64,000 nucleotides of DNA from Octopus vulgaris (taxonomy: Eukaryota), in contig OX597817.1 in assembly GCA_951406725.2 (NCBI GenBank), forward strand, positions 35,774,001-35,838,000, written 5' to 3'. Within the stretch, counting starts at the first letter, position 1. Each line of letters begins with the position of its first letter. The position numbers and the translations under genes were made by a program. The notes below the pieces were generated by a model, which did no database searches, was not told the DNA's origin, and saw nothing but the letters and a program-made list of their open reading frames with translations. Below are positions 24,183 to 35,738 of this stretch, piece after piece.

Positions 24183-24455
24183 GTGAAGGTGTGTGGCCTA
24201 ATGGTTAGGGTGTTGCACTCACAATACCTAGATCCTGGGTCCGATTCTCAGACTAGGCAGCATGAGAAAAACACTTCATTTCACTTTGCTCCAGTCCACT
24301 CAGCTGTTAATAGGTAACCCTGTGACAGAACAGCCTTCCAATCAGGGGGAATGGTGTCTTGCTCCCCTAATCAGCAGTGTGAAAGTTAAAATGATGCGAA
24401 GCGCATTATGACCAGTAATGTCTAACAACATTCGATAGTCTGGACAATCACATGA
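24183..24455 (+). mobile_element. decayed chimeric tRNA-SINE; sister copies at 26711-26990 and 27801-27920
   Basis: Head and body like the 39596 family, tail like the 14259 family. Confidence 0.7.
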
Positions 24456-25123
24456 TATATATGTATGTATGTATATATAGTATGTATGCAGATCCTGTGG
24501 GTGTGATATTAAATGGTTACACAACTCTTGTTATAGGTTAACTACAATCTATCTAATTTATCCCAGATATTACAAATACTGTTTTTTTGATTACTGAGTA
24601 CTTTTTTGTTCCCTGGTGCTGGTGATGATATACTGTATGTACATAATAACCCTTTCTAATTTTGATGCAAGTCCAGCAGATTTGAAGGGAAGGGTCAAGT
24701 CAATTAAATTGACTCCTGTAGATGACTAGTACTTCATTGACCTTGGGTGAATGATGGATGAAAAGCAAAGTTGAGCCAGCAGAATTCATAATGTAATGAA
24801 TCAGTAAAAATTACTACAAGGCATTTTATCCGATGCTTTAATGATTCTGCCAGCTTGTTGCCAGAATGTATTAAATGTATGTATATAATAATAAATCCAT
24901 ACAATTGTATGGAACATGGGGTTGTTGGGGGGGGAAATAACTATTTGTGTACAGTGTGTTAATTAGTGTGCCTGATTCTAGAAAATTCTAAAATATATTT
25001 GGTGAGACCCTTGATCCTTTTTCTGAGAAATGTACAGAAGAATAAGTGCCAGGATTGCGAAGAAGTTATGTGTAAAAAGCTTTACATCTAATCTTATGGG
25101 GTATTTATTTTCTATCTGCTTAA

Positions 25124-25333
25124 CCCATTTGTTACTAACTGGCTCTGGCTCTGTGATAAAATGTCTTGTTTTCATAAGTTTTGAATTAAAATATTCCATT
25201 AAGCCTTAGTCACAGTTTATATTTCCTAACACTAGCTTAATGATAACTAAGTTGTTTTACTAAATTCTTTGTTATATTTAAAATAATTGAAAGAAACACA
25301 GAGCATCTCAAAATAAATACAGTAACGAAAGGG
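25124..25333 (+). mobile_element. piggyBac-type MITE
   Basis: TTAA|CCCATTTGTTAC...GTAACGAAAGGG|TTAA. Confidence 0.85.
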
Positions 25334-26104
25334 TTAATGCTACAAAAATTGGGTTTACATATTAGCCTTATGGACTTTCATACTTGCTGGAATAATTAAA
25401 ATGATTTTAGTCATTAAGCTAACATCTGTCTTTTCCTCTCCAAATAATTATTTCCAATCATATTTTTATATTTTCACTATATTAAATACATTAGCACTTA
25501 ATTAGAGAGAAGTTTTATGAATTTTACTTAAGGATCACATATTACTTCAATCTTTTTGCTCTTTCTCATTGTCATAGAGATAAATCAGTGGAAATAGTAA
25601 AAATGTAGCTCTTTTGTACAAATTTGACAACACAGACATTCAAAGATTTGTGATAGTAAAGCTAGCTGTGGTGACTATTTTGACATTTGGTTATCAGTTT
25701 GTTGGCAATGCAAGTAGGTAGGTATACTGTATTTACAGTCTTACACAGTGGATAGATCATTTGCTGATTATTTGATGTAACAGCTAAGAGAAGACTTGGC
25801 AAGGCTGGTAGTGGTTATTTTTAATATTTACTGGCTTGAAGGAGAGAAAAAGTATCTATAACATTTTTTTTTAAAAACACCTGCCTAAACAAGTGAACTA
25901 GAATAAATAGGTGAGGTTAGCCAGGCTGGAAACACAAGTGATAAATAATTTCAAAGTACATGCAGGATCAGATAAAGCTTGGTTAAGATAAAGAGCCAGT
26001 GAGAAGAAGAATCAGAACCTGTTATGATAATATTAGTAGAGGAGATGATAGATTGATGGCAGATGTTGATGTTGGACAGATTTCTTTTCAGATATACTCT
26101 AAAT

Positions 26105-26401
26105 CAGTGCTGCTCAACTGGAGCTCATATGGACACTGGGAGTCTACACAAGCAAAATAGTAAATTGGGGATCCACAAGTTGTATATCAAGTATCTCAAA
26201 AAACAGCTGGGTTTCTTTCTCCAGTGTTTAACATAGTTCAACCTACACTGGTTGATGTGTGAAAAGCAAAATTAGAATTTTGAAAGAAGTATCTAGAAAA
26301 CTAGGTTTTAAACATGAAATGGCTATGGGAGGTGGGTGGGGCTACCAGAGTAAAATAATAATCAAAGGGGTCCATAGGTAAAAAATCGTCAACAACCACT
26401 G
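26105..26401. mobile_element. hAT-type MITE
   Basis: CAGTG...CACTG termini; 8-bp TSD ctctaaat/ttctaaat. Confidence 0.8.
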
Positions 26402-27049
26402 TTCTAAATTGTAAAAACCATGCCAAAGCTGAAACTGGAGCTCAGAACATCCCTGTGACTTTCCAAATTGTCCAACTCATGCCAGCATGGAAAATGGACA
26501 TTAACTAATGAGGATGATGATGATGTACTATTTTCAGTTATTTTGTAGTGCAAAAACAAGTCCTCAATACATTTTTGTGTCAGAAGTATGTAATGGCAAC
26601 TTTTGACATTTTAATTTTAATCCAATATTCCACACGCTATTTACTTCAAATTCCACTGCTAAAACTATGTTTCATATCTCTGGAAAATTTATATGTGCAT
26701 GTATGTGTATGTGAAGGTACATGACCTAGTGGTTAGGGTATTGCCCACATATTGCTAGATTGTGGGTTCGATTTCCAAACTAGGTAGCACAAAACACTTC
26801 ATTTCACATTGCTCCAGTTCACTCAGCTGTAAATGGGTGACCCTGTGATGGATAAACCCTCCAATCAGGAGGAATGTTGGTCTGCTTACCTAGCCAGTCG
26901 GGTGGCATCATCTGAAAGCTAAAATGATGCAAAAGCGCATTGTGACCGGTGATGTATAACAACATTTGCTAATCTGGTTGATCATATGATATATACATAC
27001 ATATATATGTATGTATGTGTGTATGTATATATATATATATATATCATGA

Positions 27050-27236
27050 TAGATCGCTAGCCAATACACGTTCTTTATTTTCTCTCCCTGTTTCTTTCTG
27101 TGTTCCTTTCTGTGGAAGAGCATAGGCTCGAAACGTTAAAGACTTTTTCACTTCCTCAGTGTTAAACTATTACATCTGTTTGTTGTCTACACCACCTGTC
27201 TTTGTCTTTTGTTTTTTTTTGTGAATTCTCCCCCTA
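27050..27236 (+). mobile_element. PLE-tail-like element in (TA)n with a variant hammerhead motif at 27106-27141
   Basis: CTTT-CTGTGGA-A-GAGC-atag-GCTC-GAAA-CG-TT-AAAG; long TA tracts on both sides. Confidence 0.65.
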
Positions 27237-27246
27237 TATATAGAGA

Positions 27247-27288
<42 letters not shown>

Positions 27289-28186
27289 GATATGTATGTA
27301 TTGTGGGTATGGGATTTTTTTGCATTTAAATGCAGTTTATATCAGTGCAACAGAACAATGAGATATCATAACAGTATTTCAGTATACCAAACGGTATGAG
27401 TTTTGTTGCTGGTTTAGATTTTAATGTTTGACCATATTAACAGATGACAAGACTGAGAAAGGCAGGCATTTAACTAACTACATGGAGAAGCAAAAAGATA
27501 ATTAACTTAAATTTTTAAAATTAACTGTTGATCAAGCCTTGTTGCTAGACACTTAATTATTTTAGAAGTGTGTTGTGAGTTCTTTTAAATTTAACAATCC
27601 CTCATCAGACATGATGTTTGTTCTTGTTAATCATGACAATAAAGGATAGCTAGACACTTGTTACCATTTGTAGAAACAATGCATGTGCTTCCAATCATAA
27701 TAATAATGAAATTATTATATATAGTGCTCAGGTGCACTACAACACTGCTCAAACTATAATAATAATAATACATATCTTTTGAAAGTTATGTGTGTGTGTA
27801 TTTGAAGACACATGGCTCAATAGTTAAAGTGTTGCACTTATGATTGCTAGATCACAGGTTTGATTCCCAGACTAGATGGCACAAAACACTTCATTTCACA
27901 TCACTCCAGTCCACTCAGTCTAGCTGGCACCAGTGGCTCAGGGTAGGTTTTAGTTCTTTTTAAAGAAGTTTACTTTGGTTATTCAAAGGTTTACTGCATA
28001 TTTGTTTTACACTAAGATCTCCATTGTTATTCTTCCTCCACACGTTTTATCTATGTTGGAACACTGCACCGAGTAGTACGAATTTGTAGAAATGTTCCTG
28101 AGATTCTGTGATTCTTTGATGCAGTTGTTTGGTAGATGCCAGGTGCTTTTTTGCTCCATTCTTGCTTGAAATACATCAACACAAGA

Positions 28187-28238
<52 letters not shown>

Positions 28239-28241
<3 letters not shown>

Positions 28242-28404
28242 ATTAATAAAATTATACAGTATTATAGACCTATTAGATCCAATTTTAGAAATCAGTTTCA
28301 CACAGGATATTAGATAATCAGACAGATGATTATCTAAGATATTTCTATGTGAAACTAATTTGTAAGATTGGCCATTATAATTCTATATGTCTTGATTAAT
28401 ATAC
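28239..28404. repeat. old imperfect inverted repeat beside (TA)n
   Basis: ccaattttagaaatcagtttcacacagg..tagataatca pairs with tgattatcta..ctatgtgaaactaatttgtaagattgg. Confidence 0.65.
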
Positions 28405-29749
28405 CCACTAATAGAGTGCCTATTTTTTCTGACTTATGGATTTTTAGACAATTGTCTATATATGTATGTAATATATAATATCAATCTTTCTCGGTATATA
28501 TATATATATCTATATATATATCAGAGAAACTCAGAGTGAGTAGTTTACCTTTTCCAAAATAGCTAACTTTTTGTGTGACAAACAAAAAGCCAAGATTATT
28601 TACTCTTCAAAATTGTCATAAATTGTCAAAAATTCAGTAAAGAACTACCTTCTTGATGGGTTGTTCTACATTGTTTTGTCCGGTGTTAGAAATAAGAGCA
28701 ATATGCATGGGAAATGGTGTAGACAAGAATATTGAACAGTAGAGGGAGAAAGACTTAATTGAATATTGCATTTCTAAACAGAATCAATACATTTTTGGCT
28801 CTTGCCATTATTATTTATTTTTGGCATATTTTGTGTCTTACTTAGATCATTTTCTTCTCACGTATATCTTAATCACCATATTAGCTGACCTATTTAACTG
28901 CAGTCTCGCACACTGTTTATTAGACTGGGTTTATCTGTTAGTTTAATGAAACAAACGAAATTTTGCTTATTATATATTTTAAAAAAATACACACACAAAA
29001 AAAGAAGAAAAAGATTTAAAAAATTAAATAAAAAATTTTAAAACAAAGCTTTATTTTATTGAAACTTAAATTAACCTGATGTATCACTTCAGTTAAAATA
29101 GAAAATAAACCATAATGTATGTTATAATAATAATAATAATAAAGTACAAATTTACTTCTTATATATATTTTGCTTTTCTGCAAACAAAAAATACCAACAA
29201 AAAAATCAACATATATAGCAAAAGGCAAAAAATAAAAACGATAAAAATCAAATAATTTAATCTTAAATGCTTGAGCTTCTATATATTTCCAAAACAAACA
29301 AGCATAAAATATTCATATTTTCATAAAAAAACAAATTTTTGCTCATCCAGTTGTACATATGTAGAATTTTAATTCTTCATTAGTATTCAAGACACACAAT
29401 GTGTCCTTTTCAATAACAGACATTCTATATCAGACTGTATTCTTTAGAATGGTTAATCACATACTCCAGTGGATACCGTTTAGTAACTGTGGTGCCATTT
29501 AGAATAAATTGGTGCTACTTGTAACATTCATTTTATGAAAGATTTTTTTCTCTTTTTTTTTTTATTATTTCCTTTGTCTTTTCAAAACACAAAAAAAGAA
29601 AGGTTCAATTTATTTTCTGAATTGACAATTCTGTCTGTCTTCCTGTTGTTTGTCTGCAGCAGCACCATAGTAAAACCAACTATCTCTGTGACTTTCGAAT
29701 AATGTTCTTCCCAGACACCTTCTGTTAGTGTACAGAAATTAACTGAATG

Positions 29750-29779
29750 GATATATATATGTGTGTGTATATATATATA

Positions 29780-29820
<41 letters not shown>

Positions 29821-30275
29821 ATATATATATATGTGTATATATATATGTATGTGTATATATATATATATATGTGTATATATATATATGTATGTGTATATAT
29901 ATATATGTATGTGTATATATATATATATATGTATGTGTATATATATATATATGTATGTGTATATATATATGTATGTGTATATATATATGTATGTGTATAT
30001 ATATAAGTATGTGTATATATATATGTATGTGTATATATATATGTATGTGTATATATATAAGTATGTATATATATATATGTATGTGTATATATATATATGT
30101 ATGTATATATATGAATATATGTATGTGTATATGTATATATATACATATATATATATGTAATATGATGATGACATTATATATATATATATACATTATATGT
30201 GTATATATATATAATATATATATAACATATATATATATATGTTATATATATATATATACACACACACATAATATG
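29750..30275. repeat. compound (TA)n/TATGTG microsatellite-minisatellite
   Basis: Repeating gtatgtgtatatatatat-type units; produces spurious Y/I/H/T ORFs. Confidence 0.97.
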
Positions 30276-31270
30276 TAAATGAAAGAGATAGGAGAAAATA
30301 ACACCCAATAAAACAAACCTAATAATAACTATTGGTACTTTTTATCTGCTGTGGACCCTTTATTTATTCCATTCTTTTTCTCTTGTATTCTAATATATTT
30401 GGAGTGGAGAACTAATAAATTGATAATAAAATGAATATCTATTATTCATGTGTGACTTTTATTGTGACTGTTTGTGAATAAGTCACAAATTAAAGTGAAG
30501 CATGGAAGAAGTTATAGGCCTGTTCTCTCTAAATTAATGGAATTGCTTATATATTTGATAATCTGTATATAAATTTTGAAAATGCCTTTTTTTAAGGTTT
30601 TATTTTTCAGAAGGGAAATACCTAATACTAATACAATCTAACTGTGATGAATTCTGTCTCTATGTTGGTCTGCAGTTCTAACCCTTTAGCATCTAAAATG
30701 GCCATATCCAGCTGAAATATTCTATAGATCTGGCCTTTCACACATATCCTTCAATGTCATTCTAAAAATAATGAACCATGTTATCAAAATCCCGAAGCTA
30801 TGAGATAATACATTATTAATTCAAAAAGTGTGACTTAATAAGCATTACATTTGATAGAGTAATCTGAATGCTAGAGGACTAAGTGAGTTTTAAAAGAGCT
30901 TTACCATGGTAACATATCCTGCTAGAAATAGCACTCATATCTGCTCAGCAAATCACATTCCGCCATTTAAAGCAAGGAGTGTAACACTGGAAAATATAAG
31001 CCTCAATACTATTAAAACAGCATGATGATCATAGCATGGAGTGCTCAATCAAGTCTGATCTGAATTTAAAGAACAACATGACATTTGAAACTCAGTGATT
31101 TTCTATTTCACTGTGCGGTCACTCATCCTGCTAAAAATAACAGTGAAATTCTCCTGCCATCTAAACAGGCACCAACATTGGATAAAGAAAGCCTGATACT
31201 CTGAAATGATGGGATGGATTTAGCTGAATTAGCTTTGATCACATTTGTTCAATCAAGCTGACCTGGTTAA

Positions 31271-31491
31271 CCCTTTCATTACCAACCCGACTGAAACCAG
31301 CTCTGGCTCTGAGTACAAATGTCTTGTTTTCATAAGTTTTGAATTAAAACCTTCCACCAAACCTTAGTCACAATTTATGTTCCTAACACTAGCTGAATGA
31401 TAACTAAGTTATTTTACTAAATTCTTTGTTTGTATTTAAAGTAATTGAAAGAAACACAGAGCATTTCAAAATAAATACAGCAACAAAAGAG
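31271..31491 (+). mobile_element. piggyBac-type MITE (same family as 25124; further copies about 47775-47980, 54402-54603; related at 43083-43305)
   Basis: TTAA|CCCTTTCATTAC...CAACAAAAGAG|TTAA. Confidence 0.85.
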
Positions 31492-32681
31492 TTAAACAAC
31501 TTGGTATTTGGAACTCAATAAGTCTTGTTACACACTTAAGTCAAAAAATAATTGCCAAGTCTTCCCACTGCCTTAACAGAAGATAAGCCTGATGCTCCAA
31601 AAAGATGGGATAGTCATAACTGGAGAGTTTTGACAGTAACTTGATATTCATCACTTGGCAAGTTCTGTTTCTACAATCTATTTGATTTTTAAAGGCATAT
31701 CTATGTGGTTGTTTATTCTGCTCAATCAAACCTAACTTGGAGTTAAACAAAACTTGATTTTAGGAACTCTGTTTTGATTTTACAAACTCTGTCAATTTCA
31801 TTTCTCCTATTTAGACAAATAATTGTCATCACAGCTAAAAAGGCAGTTACTTGTTGATTGAATTGATATGGTTGCAGAATCAAGGATGTATTTCCTATTC
31901 CTAGTGCTTCCATGGTTTCTGTACATCAGTCTCTTTGGCTGTGAAAAGGTACCATAGAGCTGTGCTATTAGTATGTTTAAAAGAAATGTTTATTTAATAG
32001 GTGAATTGTTAGCTAGTAATGTTGAACTCAGATTCTTTTATGTGTACAATAAAGGAAGCAATGAGAAACTGACCTCTCCATTGAAACACTACATAAAGAC
32101 TACATTCAGTGGAAATTCCATCAACTCACTGGATCATGTAACCATTTTTCATTCACATTTAGGAACCACTTAAGTATTCCTTCTCTTGAAATGCTGTGAG
32201 GGCAGTCTTGAGTGAAACCTCCAACAGGTCAATAGGACATGAAACATTACTAAAGGCAGTACTCCAGCATTGCCACAGTCAAATGACTGAAACAAGTAAA
32301 AGAATTCATCTGTGATACAGATTTCTACAGCTGAGAGTCATATCCTGAAGCTATTCTACTTCAACACATAATTAGAGCATTAACACTAATTAAAGCATCA
32401 ATCCAAAGCAGTGATGGGGTAGAAAATGTTAGTTCTTGCAGTATGTTTCAGCTTCTTGTAATCAGACAACATCACATACAATAACACTGGTGCCAAGCTT
32501 TAATGGCCCAAGTTGGTGTCCTTTCTTTTGAAATAACACTGGTGTTGTGGAGGGAGGAGACAGGCATGTATGTGCATCTATTAGTCTACCTCAAAATATC
32601 TTGCCAGGGTTTTTACAAACAAGTGCATGGTCAGCTTTGACCAATAGAGGACCAACTAATTTGAATTAAACATGTTAATAT

Positions 32682-32951
32682 TTACATTATTTACATTTGA
32701 CGGATATTTGTCCTCATCTTGTTTGTTGTTAACACAATGTTTCGGCTGATATACCCTCCAGCCTTCATCAGGGCATATGGCGTAGTGGTCAAGAGCATGG
32801 CTACTAACCCCAAGATTCTGAGTTTGATTTCAGGCAGTGACTTGAATAATAATAATAATAATATTAATAATAATGATAACATTGAAAAATACCTTAGGAA
32901 TGAGAACCCAGGTTCGAAATTTCTCCAAGACACCTGATGAAGGCTGGAGGG
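32682..32951 (+). mobile_element. tRNA-headed SINE-like element with a hammerhead-bearing PLE-type tail and an inverted copy of that tail at its 5' end
   Basis: Inverted tail 32682-32772; A box TGGCGTAGTGG 32778-32788; B box GAGTTTGATTTC 32820-32831; (AAT)n spacer; GACAC-CTGATGA-AGGCTGGAGGG 32929-32951. Confidence 0.75.
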
Positions 32952-33266
32952 CAAGTGTCTTCTACTATAGCCTCAGGCTGACCAAAGCCTTGTGAGTGGA
33001 TTTGGTAGAGGGAAACTGAAAGAAGCCCGTCGTATATATGTGTGTGTGCATATGTTTGTGTGTCTGTGTTTGTCTCCCCAACATCGCTTGACAACCAATG
33101 CTGGTGTGTTTACGTCCCCGTAACCTAGCGGTTCGACGAAAGAGACCGATAGAATAAAGTACTCGGCTTACAAAGAATAAGTCCTGGGGTCAATTTGCTC
33201 GACTAAAAGGCGGTGCTCCAGCATGGCCACAGTCAAATGACTGGAACAAGTAAAAGAGTAAAGAGT
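32949..33266 (+). mobile_element. 5'-truncated CORE-type SINE joined to the preceding element at a GGG microhomology
   Basis: gggcaagtgtcttctactatagcctc...gactggaacaagtaaaagag. Confidence 0.85.
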
Positions 33267-33704
33267 ATTAAATATTTTAAATACTAACTGAACTACCTAT
33301 GCTAAGATTAACATCTAACCACTGGGGAGAAAATTTACCCTTTTAGTTCTGAGTCATACAACCAAACTACACAACTATTGTTCAACTTATGACATCTGCT
33401 TTATTGTGCCAATGTTCTACAATTTCTGGTCACAGCATTTTTTTTGTTTGTTTTTGGAGCTTCAACTTCAGCATTTTTTTTATTGTTTTATATTTTGTTT
33501 TGTTATTTATAATGATAATCTTCTTCTCGGAAGCTTTCCCAATCACACATCATTATATTTTCCACTTTAGTGGTTTTATTTTGTGTTGCCTCCTTATTTG
33601 ATTGTTATTGTTGTTGTTGTTTAACCCTAGGTCAACCCTAAGGTCCAATGATCAAAAGCATTGCAATCATGACCATCCAGTCAATTATTCAGATATAGTA
33701 TTGT

Positions 33705-33916
33705 TTCAGTTATCAGACTGCAGCCATGCTGGAGCACCATCTTGAAAACTTGTAGACAAATGAATCAATCCTAATACCCATTTTTTAAAAAGCCTGGTAC
33801 TATTATATTGGTCCCTTTTGATGAACAGCTAGGTTATGGGAACCTACACACACCAACACCAGTTGTCAAGTTGTGGTAAGGGTCAAAGACAAACACACAC
33901 ACACACACACACACAC

Positions 33917-33957
<41 letters not shown>

Positions 33958-34110
33958 CAGCAGGCTTCTTTTAGTTTCCAGCTACCAAATCCACTGACAA
34001 GGCTTTGATTGGCCCAAAGCCCTAGTAGAAGATACTTACCCAAGGTGCCACTCAGTGGGACTGAACCCCAAACTATGTGGTTGGAAAGCTTCTTACTACA
34101 CAGCCATACT
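33705..34110 (-). mobile_element. CORE-type SINE with internal (CA)n/(TA)n
   Basis: Reverse complement of the 20198 family. Confidence 0.8.
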
Positions 34111-35592
34111 TACATTATCCACTGTACCCTAATTCAGTGATTAATGTATGCAGGTCAATAAACAACAACGGAATGGGTCAGAGAGTTTAAGATAATTTTC
34201 CTAATGTCTCCAACCCTAAGACTATAAAATGTCAGCTGAATTTATATTATGGCAAGAACAAAACACAAAAAATGCAAAAAAGAAAAAAGAAAGATTCATC
34301 TCCAACCTGTCATTGAGATTTTATTTGTGTTCCTATGCTTAATGTTAAATTATTGACATTTATATGAATGATAATGTAAAGATATCATGCTAATCTCTAG
34401 AGATACATCATAAACTTTATGGACAAGGCATTTTAGCCATTGAAAAACACACAGAAAATGTTTGGCTATGAAATTAGTGTTCCCATGCAGTAGTTCTTCT
34501 AGTTTCAATTCAACATACTGTGTCTGATCAAATACTTACCAGACAAGTACAACTCTGAAAATTTAAGTTGTAGATTATCTCACAATAATTGGGTATGTGA
34601 AATCCTTATTTCTTAGTATTTTGTTTGTTTACAACAAGCTTAGAGGGAACTTCTGCATTTGACACCTGGCCAATAAAAAAATACCCAACAAATCTACTAA
34701 AAAATCATCATCACCATTATCATTAACATCCATCTTCCATGCTGGCATGGATTCAATGGTTTGACAGGATCTGGCCAGCTGGAGTGCTGCACCAGGCTCC
34801 AGTTCTTTTTGCATGGTTTCTACAGCTGGATACCCTACCTAATATCAACCCCTTTACTAAGTACACTGGGTGCTTTTTACATGGCACCAGGTGCATTATA
34901 TATGGCACTGGAATGGTTATTTTTTTTTATGTGGCACCAGCATGTAAAATAGATAAACAAAACAACTTGTCCCTGCATCGATAGAGACAGGATGTTTTAA
35001 GCCTGAGAATTTTAGATAACATCTATATTCTTCTTTTTCCAGAAGAGTGAGTCTATATGTAAGAGATGTGCACTCAACACTAGTCAATCTGCTTTTATTA
35101 TTGTTCCCCAGCTTTGTTAAAGCCAGTGTTTTCATTAAATCTGATATTGCATAAATCTGGTCAAATCCCCATTAACTTTAAAAATACGTCTTCCACAGAG
35201 TTCTTCTACATAACAGGGCTGCAATCAAACTAAATATTTATATCTAGAAATATTGGTTTCTAATTTTGGCACAAAGCCAATAATTTCAGCTGGTCAAAGG
35301 TTGATTGTATTGATTGTATTGTCTCAGGTACTCAACCGGTACTTATTTTATTGACCATGAAAAGACAAAAGACTAAGTCAACTCCAGCAGAATTTGAACT
35401 CTGAACACAAAGACAGAGGAAATACTGTGAGGCATTTTGACTGGCATGTTCATGATTCTGCTAGCTTGCTGCCTTTTTATAGTTAGAAATATTGAGTGAA
35501 CATTCCATTCAACCAACTGACCAACTGTTGGTGTACTATGCTTAATTATTATAATTTTACTCTGATTATTCAATAATAACAACATCAATGCC

Positions 35593-35738
35593 CAGTGATG
35601 TAGCTAGAATGTGCTGCCCAAGGCTACTCTTTAAATTGCCTCTGGGTCCCCACAAGCCTATAAACAGACCCAAAAGTGCCATTCTCATAAAAAACATTAC
35701 CCAGAGCTTACCACTTCTTGCCCACAGCTATGCAACTG
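35593..35738. mobile_element. short hAT-like MITE
   Basis: CAGTGATGTAGCT / AGCTATGCAACTG TIRs; imperfect 8-bp TSD tcaatgcc/ccaatacc. Confidence 0.55.

Noticed and set aside
27960-28170. KKAPGIYQTTA, resembling the LINE RT KAPG.D motif
   Set aside because: A single short motif in decayed sequence; insufficient to call
29582-30278. Long ORFs (135-203 aa) rich in Y/I/H/T/C/V
   Set aside because: Translation artefacts of (TA)n/(TG)n microsatellite
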